Part shown: positions 28,774-45,029 of the stretch, in pieces
How the letters are laid out: every line of letters begins with the position of its first letter
Numbering within the stretch: the first letter of the stretch is position 1
Assembly (NCBI RefSeq): GCF_009914755.1
Contig: NC_060930.1
Length of the DNA: 64,000 nt
Direction: 5' to 3' (one strand)
Source: the human T2T-CHM13v2.0 reference genome, Homo sapiens
Program-made: the position numbers and the translations under genes
The notes under the pieces: model-generated
What the model saw: only the letters and a program-made list of their open reading frames with translations
Told to the model about the DNA's origin: nothing
Databases searched by the model: none

Positions 28774-31700
28774 ATACATATATTTTTATATATATGTTAT
28801 ATACATATATGTATTGATCTATATATGACAGATGTATATATGGCAGATATGTATATATTAATACCTATATATGGCATATAAATATTTATATACCTTTTGT
28901 GTGTATCTTTTCCTATAAGTTACTTAATATATTCACATTAGTTTTAAAATCCTTATCTGCTAGTTTCAACACTTGGGTCATAAACAGGTCTGCTTTTATT
29001 TACTGTGTTTTCTGTCCACTAGGAGTCATATTTTTCTGCTTTTTGTTAGGTCACAAAATATTTATAATGTTCTGAACATTATATACAATAAATCAATAGC
29101 GATTGAAGCATAGTATTTCTTTTGTGTTTTATTTCCCCAAAAAGTGGTAGTTCTTTCCTCTGGCAGTTAAGGTGAGGATCTGTTCACTGAGACCCTTCCT
29201 AGAGTTGAGCTTAACTGGAGCTAGACTATGATTAGCCCAACTTCCATCCCTCTGAAAAATCACTGCTTTTATATTTCAACATTTGAACTGGAGAGGCATT
29301 GACTGAAGTTATAATTTTTTAGGGTTTTTTTTAGTTAATATTTTTATTTAGTACTGGCAAGGTCCTTATACATGTAACTTTGGTAAATTCACTCATTAGT
29401 TCTAGTAGTTTGGGGGTTTGGGGTATGAATTTCCCAGAATTTTCTCTATAAACAATTAAATCATTTGTGAATTAAAGTTTTTTCTTTCTAAACTTTGCTT
29501 ATTTTATTTATCTTTGTCTTGTACTGGCTAAGATTGCTAGTAGAATATTGTGGTGAAGTAGGAAAAGCAGATGTCTTTGGCTTGCTACCGAAATAATTCA
29601 TTATTTCATCACCGAATATGATATAAGCTATAGACTTTTCAAGAGTGCTTTTATCAGACAGAGGAAAAATACTTCTTTTCTTAGTTTGCCAAGAATTTGT
29701 ATCATGAATGGATGATGAATATTGTCAAATTTTTTTTGCACTCATGGAAATAATATTATGTTAATATATTGAATTACATTGATTTCCACATGTGAAATCA
29801 GCTTTACATTACTGGCATAAAGTGCACTTGGTCATGATTTTTTTCTATTGCTGGGTTTGATTTGAGAATATTTTGTTAAATATTTTCTCATCTATGTTTA
29901 TAAGAAATATATATCCATATTTTCTTTTCTTAAAATTGTTCCTTTCTGGTTTTGGGGTCAGGGTAATTCTGGTCTCCTACCATGGAATGAAAAGTGTTTC
30001 CTTCTATTTTTTCTGAAAGAATTTATTAAAAAAATTGTTACTAAAAAAAATTTTTTTTTAAATAACAGTAGCAAAAAAAGTTTGCTAGTGTTTATTAATT
30101 GAACCATATGGCCCTGGAGGTTTTTTGATAAATATTTAATTATAAATTAAGTTTTTTAATCAATGCAGGACTATTTAGATTTTCTATGTTAATTGGATCA
30201 ATTTTAATAAATGTGTCTTTCAGGAAATTCACTGATTTTGTGTGTCTTTGAATTAATTGGCATAATATAGTTTATAATACTTCCTTATTACCCTTTCAAA
30301 ATCATTGGTATCTCTCATGATCATCTTTTGGATTTGTAAATTTTCTCTATTGTTCACAGATTTTGTTTCAATTATTTCTACTCTTTATTGTTTCCTTCTA
30401 CTTACCTTTTGTTTAATTTCCTTTTCTTCCTCTAGTTTCTTAAAGTGGAAACTTAGGTCACAGATTTTAAATCCTTCTTCTTTTCTAATATAACCATTTA
30501 AAGGTATAAACTTCTCATTAATCACTACTTTATTTACATACCACAGTTTGATTTGATCCTTTCATTATCATTTTGTTCTAAATATTTATTATATTTACTT
30601 GTGATTTTTTTTCCTTTGGTTCACAAATTATTTGGAAGTGTAGTGTTTAATTTTCAAATGTTGGGGATTTTTTATATGTCTTATTACCATTGCTTTCTAA
30701 ATTAATTCATTGTGGTCAGATACCATACCCTGTGAAATTTCAACTTTAAAATCTATCAATATTTACTTTATAGCCCACCTATATCCCAGGTCTGTCCTCT
30801 TGATAGATGTTCCATGTGCACTTGAAAATAGTGTGCATTTTATAATTATTGGGTATTAGTGTCCTGGAACTGTCAATTAGGTCACATTGGTGATAACGCT
30901 TTCCAACTCTTACGTGTATATTTTTTAAAATTTATTTTTGTCTACTTTTCTTCTGTTGGTTACTGTGAAAACTGTGTCATAAAAGCTCCAACTATGATCA
31001 TAGACTTATCTGTTTCTTCCTTTAATTCTGTCAGTTTTTGCTTCATGTATTCTGTATCTCTGCTTGTAGGCACATGTTATGTCTTCTTGAATAATTTATT
31101 GTTTTTCATCATTTTCCAATTCCTTTCTTTATATTTGCTGATAGTCTTCATCTTGAGGCCTATTTTGTGTGATGTAATATTAGCTTGACCATCTTTTTTA
31201 TGTTAATTATCTGCGTGGTATATCATTTTCCATTCTTTGACCCTCCACCTATTTGGGCCTTATCACTTTTCAGGTTCCCAGGATGCAGATGCTGAGATAT
31301 TTCCTGCAGGAGTTTATTTGGGTTGTGCTGTCAGTATTAGTTCCTTTTGAGGGGCATGAAGGAAGCAGGGCTGGATTCAGAGACGTTGATCTGTAGCACA
31401 GTTGCAGCAAAGGTCTCAGCTAGTCTTATGAGAGGCCCTAGACTATGGTGACCCTTAGGGTAAGAGGGAATAGTCATTTTACCCCTCCATTGACCTGTCA
31501 GTAGATGAGGGCTGCCCTCAGAAAGAGTGTGCTCTTGGGCACAGTGACCCCGTTTAGTTGACGGCAAGTTTTGGAAAGGAACTCAGTAGAAAGCTACCAG
31601 TTGGTAACACTCTCAGCAGCTATGGGAATGAGTTCTTCAGGATGTCTGGGCAGCGTACTAAAGTAGCACAGTATGCTGATATTTAAAGTGCTTCTCTCAT

Positions 31701-32407
31701 AGATCCCCCGTAATTAGGTCTTGGTTGTATAATCTAACCTGACCATAGTCAGCTTTTTATTGGAGTGTTTAGTCCATTGATATTTAGTGTAATCGTCAAT
31801 GTGTTTGAGTTCGAGTGTGCCATCTTGCTTTGTATTTTCCATTTTTCACATATATTCTTTGTTTGCTTCCCTTTTTTTGGCTTCTTGGGGTTAATTGAAT
31901 TCTTTAAAATGCTGCTTTAATCGTTCTGTTGGGTTTTTGTTATACCTGATGGTATTTTTCTTAACATTTAATGCTAGAGATTACTCCATGTACCCTAAAC
32001 TTAACCTCTTATCCAAGTTTAATATAACACTTCATGCCAAATGAAAGAACCTTGAAAAATATAATTTCACCCCACTTTTTGCTGTTGTTGTCACATATTA
32101 TATAAGTCCCTGTATACAGTGCAATTATTTTTGCTTCAATAGGCTGTCTTTCATGAATTAAGAGAAAAATAAAAGATAATCTTTTATATTTACCTATATA
32201 TTTACATTTATGTTATTCTTAATTCTTTCCTGTAGGTCTGAGTTTTCCTCTGGTATCTTTTCTTTGAGCTGAAGGTCTTCCTTTAGTATTTGTTATAGTT
32301 CAGGTTGTTGGTGAGAAATTCTCTCAACTTTTATTGATCTTTATGTTTCTTTCTTCCATGAAAGCATGTGTAGCTTCTTTGGGCTACTGCACAGTTCTTT
32401 TTCCTAG

Positions 32408-32725
<318 letters not shown>

Positions 32726-33431
32726 TCTAGTTTCCTTTTCAAAAGATGGTCAGCCCTTCAAGAATCCCAATTTTATTTTATCCCAGTTGTAGCACAATCT
32801 CTGGAGCAAACTTAAGTCAAAGTCCTATTCCTGAATGCATACTAAAAGTGTTACAAAACCAGCTGTCAGGACTTGGGCTCATTTTTTGACTCCCTGGGTC
32901 AACAAGGTCAGCTGGAAGCTTCTGCTTGATTTGGAGTTCACACTTTATTTCTAGCTACTGATTTCTTCCATATTGGTGGCAGGGGATGCCAAATTTAGGT
33001 AATTAAACATTTTCAGCTCTCTAGTGTGTAGCTAAGGTGATCAGTTTAGGAGGGTGGGTATGCATATCAGCTTAAATTGCCAAGATGACAGAATCTGCAT
33101 TTTTTCTTACAGTATTATATGGAATAGTCATAGGATTATTTTTTGTTATTTTTATATGTCAGTGATAACATGTTTATTTTTGTGTTAGTAATAACATGTT
33201 TTCCATATTATGTTATAATATGTTATAATAACGTGTTATCTTATTACAAACCGGTTATGAGGCTTAACTTACTAGGGAAGCTTTTCTTATTTATTTATGC
33301 ATTTGTTTGTATGTTTGTTTCTCATGAACTGGCATGTTCATCTGGTTGACTAAGTCTTAGATACTGGTTTTAATTATTACTGTGAGATCACGTGGTCAAT
33401 AGAATAATATTTGTAATCTATTAAAAAATAA

Positions 33432-33650
<219 letters not shown>

Positions 33651-34931
33651 TAATTTTACTTCTTAGAGATCTGCTAATAAATAAATATCTTATTATCAAT
33701 AACACAAATCAGCATTATATCCAAGGTATATATAATTAATATTGATTGTTTTGATGATTTTCTTGAAATTTTTGCTCCTCCTGTATAGCTGGGAACATTC
33801 ACAGAGAATAGATAGCATTGAGCAACATTTCAAGGGCCTTGAACAAGGCTTTCTTTTTGTATTTGCCCTTGTAAATATTCCACAAACTTTAGAAATTGAG
33901 GTCAAAGGATTTCCACCCTGGTATTAGCAAAAATGTCTGTATGTGTGTGTGTACACACTTACTACTTTTTGGTTTTATTTTGAATTATAAACATTTTTCT
34001 TAAAAATGTTTCTTCTTAAAAGTGCTTTTTTAAAAAAACACATGGTTTTGGAAATACAAAAATACTCATATCTGCTGCATTTTCTTTTCAAAGAGAATAA
34101 CACTTAACATTTATTTAAAAAGGAATTGCATTTTTTTCAGATAATTTCTCATTCTATTAGCCCATAATTACGCCACAGCATGACAACAATAATAGCTATT
34201 ACTTCAGATATTCTGCTTTATTATTTTTATAAGATGTATTCAACTTGTCAGAAAATATGGTCCAATTTTTATATCAGAATGTGTGTTTATAGAGATTATG
34301 TATACACTTATATATAGACTGTATTTTAAATTATTCACAATTTGAAATTTTGTAGATCCATCTAGCCAATAAATTTAGAATTATATGACATTTAATTTAG
34401 ATATTAGCATTTGCCACATCATATTTTCTTTTAAATTTTAAATAAATATCTGTGAAATTGATACACCTCTTCCCATTTATTTTAGAATAACGATGCAATC
34501 TAAAGTTTTCTTTGTAAGGTTGTGTGCATTGCAACTTACCTGTATTTAATAATGTTTTACACCAGTTCCCTTGTAGATTAACATTTTCCTTGTTTATGAT
34601 GTTTATTTGTCTCTAAACATGCATCTGTAATTTCAGCTAATTAATTATGCAATTGCAAATGTATAGAATATTTAGTGATGAAAACTAGAGTAAGGTACAT
34701 TTAAACCTTAAATTGGGTACAAATAATAAAATTTAAAAACTCAAGCACTCTAGGAACAGACTGGTGAAGTTCACTAATCATCATATGTATATATTTGACT
34801 GAACTAAAACAGACCTGATAAACTAAAATGTTGAAGTCATACAGTGCAGTTATAATTTTGGCTAAAAGGTCAGAAACCAGTGCAAGCATTGAAGATTATT
34901 CATATCCACTCAGCAGGCATTCAGACAATGA

Positions 34932-35147
<216 letters not shown>

Positions 35148-35971
35148 TGAACATGCCTTTTAGTTGTTTATTGACAGCAGTTGGTTATGATTTCTTATCA
35201 ATCTGTATTCTTAGATTTTTTTAGGTCAGTAGTATTAGTATTCTTTTCTTAAATTTTTCATAATTTCACCTAAATGATGCATATATTGGTTTTCTAACTA
35301 TTTATCAGTTTATTACATGATTAATTTTGCCCAACAACTGCCATGTCAAACAGCAATTGAAGCAGAATGGCCACGCATGCAAACTTAATCACCTTCATAA
35401 CCCACAGACTTTCATAATTTAAATTAAATTCTTAATTAAGGAAAGATATTTGCTACTCTACAGACTTTGAGAAATATTCCAAAGTATATAAGGTAACATT
35501 AATAATCAATATCCCCTCACCTTAAAAATTATCAGTAATGAAAGCTATACATTTAAAACTAGAAATTAATATTGGCTTTTAAATTTTTTTGAACTATGGA
35601 TATTAACTGCATTCATACCTACACACATATAAACAAACTTTCTCCTAAATCAAATTCTAATATCCTAAAAAAAATCAATTAGAACAAAGCCATCACATTT
35701 TTGTGGCACCACCCAGTTGTAGAATCAAAAAGGAGCTCATGCCTATTGGAAATGTGCATCACAAACAAGCAGTTAGAATAGGCACAGTTTGCCTGGACCT
35801 TGCTCTATCTCTGATGAAATTAGAATATATGATCAGTGAAGAAAAACTACTTCAATATGCTCATTATTTGTATTTGTATAGTTTTAGTTTTAATGTTTTT
35901 CAATTTTATACTTAAATATACTTTTCATACTTAAAATTATGTTGCTAGAATTTAGATACTCTTAATTCTAT

Positions 35972-36240
35972 AGCAGGGTCTTTTTCTCTAAAGGGCCAGA
36001 TAGTAAGTATTTTTGGCTTTGTAGGCCACATGTCTGTGTTTCAGCTGCTCAGCTCTGCCATCATAGTGCAAAAGCAACATAGAAAATATGTAAATGAATA
36101 AGCATGGCTATGGTCCAATAAAACTTCATGGGCCCTAAAATTTAAATTTCATATAATTTTCATGTGTCATGAAATATTGTAATTTTGACAACTTTTTAAA
36201 CATTTAATATGTAAAAAAATGTTCTTAGCTTACTGGCTGT
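35972..36240. mobile_element. MER58B-like hAT DNA transposon
   Basis: taaagggccagatagtaagtatttttggctttgtaggcca ... ccaataaaactt ... aatttcatataattttcatgtgtcatgaaata. Confidence 0.7.
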
Positions 36241-36771
36241 GGTCTGTTCTCAAATAGTGTTTAACACAAGCAACATTATAATAGTGAATATGTGCAATAA
36301 ATAGTAATTTACCTCTGATCTCAACCAGAAACATTTTTCTAAGTGGTAAGCATCAGGCTTTCCTGGTTCTTAATGTCAGTGTTAAAACTCGTGAGTCCAT
36401 GGGAGAAGAACAAGGAGTTGTGCGTCAGGGCCACTGTGGATCTGGATCTTAGCACTACACATACTGGCTGTGTCACCTTGAACAAGTTACTTAAGCTCTC
36501 TGAGCTTCAATTCCTTTCTATAAAAGGATGATAATAATACTTCTTGGCAAGACTTTTGTCTTAGATAATGTATATAAATTGCTTAACAATAAATATCAGT
36601 ATGTCTTCCTTTCTTTAATTAGTAATGCAATAATAGGCAACAGCTTTTTAAGGAAAATGAAAATATGCATTGTGTTAACAGACTCCATTTGGTCAGATAA
36701 ATTTAGTTGCATTTAGAAATGTGTAAACTGGGCTAAAGAAAGCAAACTTTTGGTAACAAAATGTTAGATAA

Positions 36772-37130
<359 letters not shown>

Positions 37131-37308
37131 AAATTTCAATGACTTTTTATGGTGGGTGTTGGTGACACAGACTAAGCATTTGTTGCATGATCTCTTCTGT
37201 TAAGAATAAACTATTTTATTTTCAATTCTTGGTTTTTATTGTTGGAATTGTATCACTTCATAAAATTATAACAAAACAAAAGGCAAAAGAAAAGAACTAA
37301 TTTAATAG

Positions 37309-37656
<348 letters not shown>

Positions 37657-37917
37657 TAATTTTTTTTAATTGATATAAGTAGATAGTATCACCTTTAGAT
37701 TTTATCCTACTACATTGGTGCTCTTTAAGTATGTTGCAATATTCTTGAAAGTAATTTAATGTGTTTCACTACCTTAATCCTAATTATATAATTACATCTG
37801 CAGATTTATATGGAACATAGATTTTCCTTTGAAATTGTTAGCACTTGTAAAATTATTAAAGTGTAAAATATAGAGATGGCATAAATGCAAGCATACCTTA
37901 GCAAATAAAGCAGAGGT

Positions 37918-38185
37918 CAGGCCTTGTGGGCTGTCTGCTCTCTGTTGTCGCTATTTAGCTCTGCTATTGTTGCACAAAAGCAGCCATATACAATACCTAC
38001 ACAAATTAACGTGATTGTATTTAAATAATTTGACTTATGAACACTGAAATTTGAATTTCATTAAAATGTTCATGTCACAAAATATTCTCCTTTTGATATT
38101 TTTCAGCCACTTAAAAAGGTAAAAACCATTCTTAGCTTAAAACCATACAGAAACAGGCCATGGGTCAGATTTGGCCCAACTCCTG
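37918..38185. mobile_element. Second MER58B-like element
   Basis: tatttagctctgctattgttgcacaaaagcagccata ... aaaaccattcttagct ... cagatttggccc. Confidence 0.65.
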
Positions 38186-41100
38186 ATATAGATCTATATG
38201 TGTATACATAAGTTATGTTGTACATATAAGAATGCATGCCAATTATATGAAAATTTACTTCCAGATATAGGTAATTCCAGATTCTAATTTGCTGAATGGT
38301 GTCAGGATTCATGATGAACTACACTTCATATACAAAAATACTTAGATCTATTGGGAGGGCTAGGGCAGTATCTAAAAGAGTAAATTTTCACTTTCTCACT
38401 TAATTGAAATGTATCAAGTTCCTATTATATGCCAAGTTCTATGCCAGGAAATGGGAACCCAGTGACCTAAAGAACACAATACCAGCCATCCAGGAACCAA
38501 AAGTCTAGCAGAGGGAGGCAGACATGAAAATAATGAATGCCATAATATGTTCAAGGTGGATGAACAGTGGAGGGAGGGAATATTTGATTCTACATGGAGA
38601 TTAAGAAACAACTTCAAAGAAAAGGTTTGGGGGAATAGAAATCAGACATTCTGATCAGCTTTAGTGTTTTTTTCTATATTTGAAATCGATATAGAAAAGA
38701 ATCTTCTAGAATTTTTACTGTAGAGATGATTGACTCACATATAATGAATTAGTATTTGTGCAATAGAGCTACCTACTGCTGTGGGTCAGCTCTTTTGTAG
38801 TTTTTTTTTAGAATAAAAGTCATAAATGGCTTCATCAAATTATTTTACAAAATTAAATACTTTATGGGTAGTTAGGAATGAAAGACACTTGGTAATCATA
38901 GGTTTTTGAATGAATATATTGATCCAAACAAGCATAAATCATAGGCTATACTGATTATTAAAACCAGTAGGCAATACTTTTACTGCTTCCCTGCAGTGTT
39001 ATAAATTGTAACTTTCCTGATCTAACTCTTTCTGAAATTCTTTGTAGAAACTAAGCTGTCAAAAGCCTCTATATGTGATTTTTGTGGTTCAGAAAGAAGT
39101 GTATGTGGAATTACATATATGTAGTTTTTTAAATGGACACCTTAAACTGGTGCACACACACCTTAATCTATGTTTAAACTACACTGATTTATGAAGATGA
39201 AATGTAAATGTAAATTATGTGGGTTACCTTTCGAGGATGAAGCCTGAATTGCAACATATGAATATGAACTTTGAGTTATGATAATAAAACAGACTTTCTC
39301 TAAAAGTAATTAATCGACATTAATGTTATACTTAACTTCTAAAGACAATTTAAGGGGACAAGAGTAAGACTGCTTTAAAAATAAGTGTATGGCAGTAGGG
39401 ATGAAGGTTGGGATGTGAAGACAGGAAATCTGTGATTTAGTAGCCATTACTGGTACCTGACAATAATTATGTATGACCTTGATTTAGTCTATAGATAAGA
39501 ATTATTTTTAAAGCTAAAAAAATGGAAAAGCCAATCATGTATGTTTATTTATTTTTACCATTTGACTCTATCAGAAACATCCAAATTGCAAGTAGCTAAC
39601 TAGTGGGGAGGGGGACCTGACAGTACAAGGATTTCTTAACGGTTCTCGACAAAGTGGTATAGAAAGTAATTTTATGCCACTTTTAGCAAAACGAGCTCTG
39701 ACTCACTTACTTTGAAGATACAGAATAATAATCCCACAAAACTCTTCAACCTAGGACATTAAAATATTGTTTCTTCTGAAATCAAAACATTTGGTGTGTA
39801 AGCTTGCATTTGGTTGAGAAATACGGTGCTTGTCTTCTATAAAAGGATTTTGCTTCCATTTTATTGCATGTAATGATTTTGGTTTGCTGTCCTGAAAATT
39901 AAAAGCCCCATTTAAACTTCATGTTAATTTAAGAAAGACAAAATATAGCTTAAAATACATTTGAACAGTCAAGGAATAGGCACTGATAATTATTTGGAAT
40001 AAGGATTTTTACAAGTTAGTAGTAATAAGACTAGATTTGTCTTACTAATGAACATTTTTCCAATAGTGTCTTGCATATATTTAATGAAAGTTTCCTGCCA
40101 CTAGAAAAGTATATAGTAGGTGTAATTTAAAGTGCAGAAACAAAAGCAAGATAAAAGAAAAAAGAATACATTTCAAATATATTTCTAGCTTCAGTGAAAA
40201 TAACGTTGTTTTCCAAGCTTTATCTATAATTATTATATAATGTTTACTTTATACTAGTTAACTGTTATATAAATATCAAGATAATACTTCTTCGTATTCT
40301 AACATGTCTTAATAAATCAGCTAATAATATAAGGAGTGTCTATTCACTTCTCTATTTGAGCTTTCTACTGCTGAAAAAATAGTTGTTTATTATTACCTAA
40401 TATTACTGCTTTTTATTTAGAAAAATCAAACCAAAATAACTTTGGGACTTACTTAGAGATCAAGAGGTGCTTGTTGATGCTCACTTAGTATGAATGCAGC
40501 TTATTTTCTGTGACAGAATAAATGTTTTATTTCTACTTTTCCATTTTGTTCTACCCTTGCATAGGAAAAACAATTTTACATTAACATGTACCACTTCCCC
40601 TCAAATGTTAGCATCCATTACTTTAAAATTCAGGCATTTTAGTAAAGCTAACACATCTTGCTTGTTACTCCTCTCTTCATATACTTTCCCAGGGATGGCT
40701 TTTCTCAGTAAAATGAACTTCCTTTGTCTATCTTTGACTAAAAGCAAACCTTTAAAATTTTAATGAGAGATGTTTCCAGTATAATGAATTAGACCAAAAA
40801 CTCACTCTCTCCTTCTTCTTTCTCCTTTTGACCTCCCCAAACTTTCAAATTGAAGAGATTATAATCAAAATCAATACTAAGCTTTTGAAATTGGGTCTCA
40901 AAGTTGAAATTCAAAGTAACAAAACTAATCTTCATGTCTGGCTTCTAGACCAGTTTCGTTAGACACAGCTCACATTCTGCCACCTCCATTCGCAAGTAAA
41001 ATCTATATTACAATTAGTATAATAAAGCTACTTTTGCAAATATTGTTCGTAGATATAGATATGCATAAATAGGAATTTAGCTGCAAGTAGAAGTCAGAAG

Positions 41101-41277
41101 CTCTGATAAACTGTTTCTTAGTTTTGCTGAAGGCTTTGGGCCATGACTTTTTGTCATAAATGTTAGAACTCAATTGTAAACATTGCGTGAAATGGAGTAG
41201 CCTTGATACCCATCTAGATTATACTCTGCATTATCTTCATACAGACAAAAGGAATTCTTGATTAGCTAGTGCTGCCT

Positions 41278-41520
41278 GAGAGGCAGTATGGTTTAAGAGT
41301 TTGGATTCTGAACACACACTACTTGGTCTCAAATTCTAGCTCTTACAAGCTTTGTGACTGGGGACGTTATTTAACCTTTTTGTGCCTCAGTTTCCTTATC
41401 TGAAAAATAAAGATGATGATATTATCTACTGACTGTTGTGAGGAGTAAATCAGTAGGTGTAAAGGACAAGAGAAGTGCCTGGAATGTATCAAGTTCATTT
41501 TAAGGGTGTGCTGTTACTGT
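41278..41520 (+). mobile_element. MIR
   Basis: MIR core: ctttgtgactgggacgttatttaacctttttgtgcctcagtttccttatctgaaaaat. Confidence 0.7.
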
Positions 41521-41737
41521 TACCTAATTTCAAATTTGCTACTTCTTAATGTCTTTTAAAATATCCCATGAGGAAGAAATGGGAAACATGCCTTAGTATC
41601 CTATTCCAGTATTTTGCAGTTTTTATTTTCAATGAAGTATTTTTAATTATTCTATCTAGGAGATAATTGCATTCTCATCATGCTTTGGGCCTTTGAGAAG
41701 AGACACTGTCATGAGCATAAGCTATTTTCGTACCTGA

Positions 41738-41970
41738 AGGCAGCCTGATACGGTGGAAAGATCCTGCATACTAGAGCTAAAAACCTGAGTTCAAATCTTA
41801 GCTCTACCGTCTCCTGCATTGGAACTTATGCAGGCTTTTCAGCCCCCCTGAACTTCAGTTTCCTTGTCTATAAAATGGTTATAGTGATTTGTATTAATTA
41901 GAGTTGTTTTAAGGATTAGCTAAATGTACATCATCTAGCACGTAGCAAGCTCTCAATAAGTATTAGTTTT
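41738..41970 (+). mobile_element. MIR
   Basis: cctgagttcaaatcttagctctacc ... ctgaacttcagtttccttgtctataaaatgg. Confidence 0.65.
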
Positions 41971-43354
41971 ATAGTAGTAAATATAAAGGTGATAAAATGA
42001 TTTTATAATGATAGGTTTAGTTATTGATAAGGTATAACCATAATAGGGATTACTGTGCAAATTACTACTGAAAAGTAATAACCACCAATTCATTATTTAT
42101 CATTATATAAATAATTAGACTACTCTTCAGATCATTGTTGCTCTTGAAAGATAAGTCAAACTTGAGTTTGCTTTTTTGCTAAGAAAAGTAATCCAAGTTT
42201 CTTTACTTTCTGTTTCCAACATTTACATTTCTCCTCTGAATCTTCCAGCTGATCATGTCATTAATAAATAATGGATACTAAATTAACCCAGAGCTCACTG
42301 AAGGTCTGGTTAATTCTGTTCATGTGGAAAAGAGCATAATCATTACCGCATGGTTTTCTATCAATTAATTTCTTTTCTAACAGAATAACATTACTGACTT
42401 GTGTGATTGGTGGGTACCCTATGACTGACTGTTCTTTTTTGTCCTTTGGCTAGTCTTCAGCTTTCTTCTTTATAATTTTCTGCTTGCTTCTAAGTTATTT
42501 AACTGTATCATTCATTTCACTTATGACCAGGAAACACAAGAGGTGTTAAGTAGAAAATAGCTTAGTTTATTTCCTTGCTGCTATGATATATGTAGTAAAG
42601 CCTTGCCAACAAAGGGAAAATATGGTGTGACCAAATGGGTAAAACTTTATTCTCACGCCCCATCACCCTTGTTGCATCTAATAATGATAATAATGTGTAC
42701 TAGGCCACTTTGTTACCAAGCAAAGATTTTGCCAAAATACACCATTACCACGTAGAAATAACATATTAAAATGAGTTTTCAAAAGGTGTACTTGCTGCTG
42801 TAGAAGTCATCTCTTTTTCTACGCTTATCTCTAAACATATTAAAAATTGTTATGCCATTAAAGTATGAAGCCCAACACCTTATAGCTCGTGAGTCTTTTT
42901 TAGAGCTTCATTGAGTGCTTCATTTTTCATTCATTGTGTGAATGAGCCCATGGTTTCTATACTTTTATATGTCTCCATTGTATTATTATGCAAACTTAAA
43001 AAATATCTTCCTGGGAAAAATAAAATATAAGCTAGTAAATTTCTTTGGTATAATTTTAATTAAATGTGCTGAAGACTGATGATGATTCCTTCTTTCCTAT
43101 TGACTATATGAGAGTGTGTTTAGGTGAATTAAAAATACAAATATGTGTACTGCTGTTTCACTTTTTAAGGCTGACTGCCTTTAAAAGCTGGATTTGAGAG
43201 AACTAGCTTGGCCAGAGGATTTTAGATTAAATCCTCTAAATGCATGCCCGTTTAGAAGCTAAATTAACAAACTCTCTTCATCAACTTCTCAGGTTTTCTC
43301 TTGCATGCCCATGGTAGCTAGAAATATCACTAGTAGAACGGACAGAGTCTTTGA

Positions 43355-43585
<231 letters not shown>

Positions 43586-45029
43586 TAGAACTTTGATCCT
43601 TATAAAGTTAGAAACAAATTCTTATTTTTTGAGAACTCATAGTCATAGCAGTATGCATTGTTATAAATTATATTTAGAATAATTTCGCTTGATATTTTAG
43701 TTGACAGCAAAAGTCCCATGACTTTCTTATTATGGATAAGTAAACTTAACTTCCTTCAAAATTATTTTATACGATGTTTAATTAATTTAATAATTAAGTT
43801 GTAGTAGCTGACCTTGCTTCTTCAACTTACCCATTTGAATTACATAAAAACTGCCTTCTGTTTAACATTCGAGATGTAAAACTATCCATTTGATTCCTTC
43901 TAAATAACCTTGTTTCCTCTCTGGGTTTAAAAAACTCCTCCTGTGTAAGCAGCTGAGTGACAAGTATTAAAGGTTAATGGGCTGCAGGAGAGCACATGCT
44001 GGTTGCATTAGAACCCAGCCTCTGAGAGCGCTCGAATGCTTCAAAGAGAACAATAGCATGTCTTTAAACATCAATCCCTTTAAAATATAAATACCTGATA
44101 ACTCCCAGCTGGGCACAAAGGGCATGAATTAAGTAGACTTAATTAAATTTTTTTAAGTTACAATATTTCTTCGGCTTTTTATCTGGTGAAAGGATTTTTC
44201 TAACCTGAGGAGGATCGGGTACATCAGAAAGAAGAACATTAAACCTAGGAAAGTATTTGTGGTAATTGAATCTCGGTTCTGTTATTCTACTTTAATACAT
44301 TTTACATTTATCCATGTGCTTATGTTATAAGGATTTTTTTGTCAGTATGTTTTGTGTAAAAATAGTTGAGATATGTCTTAGAGTATTATGTCATTATAGC
44401 ATATATTTGATTTTTACAGATGATCTAATTTCACTAGTTCACACCGATTAGAAGCAGTTGCCATATATTTACATAAATATTAGTACTCCAAGAAAGAAAT
44501 AATAGTACATAAACTTTGCACAGAGACTCATATGTACTAATCCACATCTTTTCTAGCAGTTTACCTGCCTCTCAGGAGATAGTTACCAGTTCAGTATTCT
44601 GTATTGCACACTTACCATAGCTTTTGTAAACTTTCTGCAAAATAAATCTATATGAACAAATTGTTAAGGAAAGGAATGGAGTTATTAACTTATTGCTGAC
44701 CTACTTCAGTAGTATACTACAAGTTAATTGAAAGCTGAATGACAAAACTATAAAGTGTTAGCTCCAGAAGGAATTTCAGAGCTCTCTGATCCGTTTTGTA
44801 GACAAGAGAAGTTAAAAGTGGTTAAGGCCATACAGTCAAGGCCTCACAGCTGGTCAGTGGTATAAACAAATCTAAAACCATGTCCTTATGATCAGTCCCT
44901 GGGTCCTTTCTGTAATGCCCCATCAGAAAATAGATGGAAAAAGAAATAGGCATGAACAATCATCCTGTCTGAAATTCACTCATATTGTCTTTGTAGATAT
45001 TTTCGCAAATTTTTAAAGAAGTATCTAGG

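Larger units (their letters stand above)
27790..32345 (-). mobile_element. Patchwork of old antisense L1M fragments, with nested LTR10 and an ERVL-type LTR remnant (~31270-31670)
   Basis: Long T-rich tract with degenerate L1 phrases (tttgggaaaattttgacc, gaattacattgattt, gttccatgtgcacttgaaaatagtgtgcatt). Confidence 0.65.
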
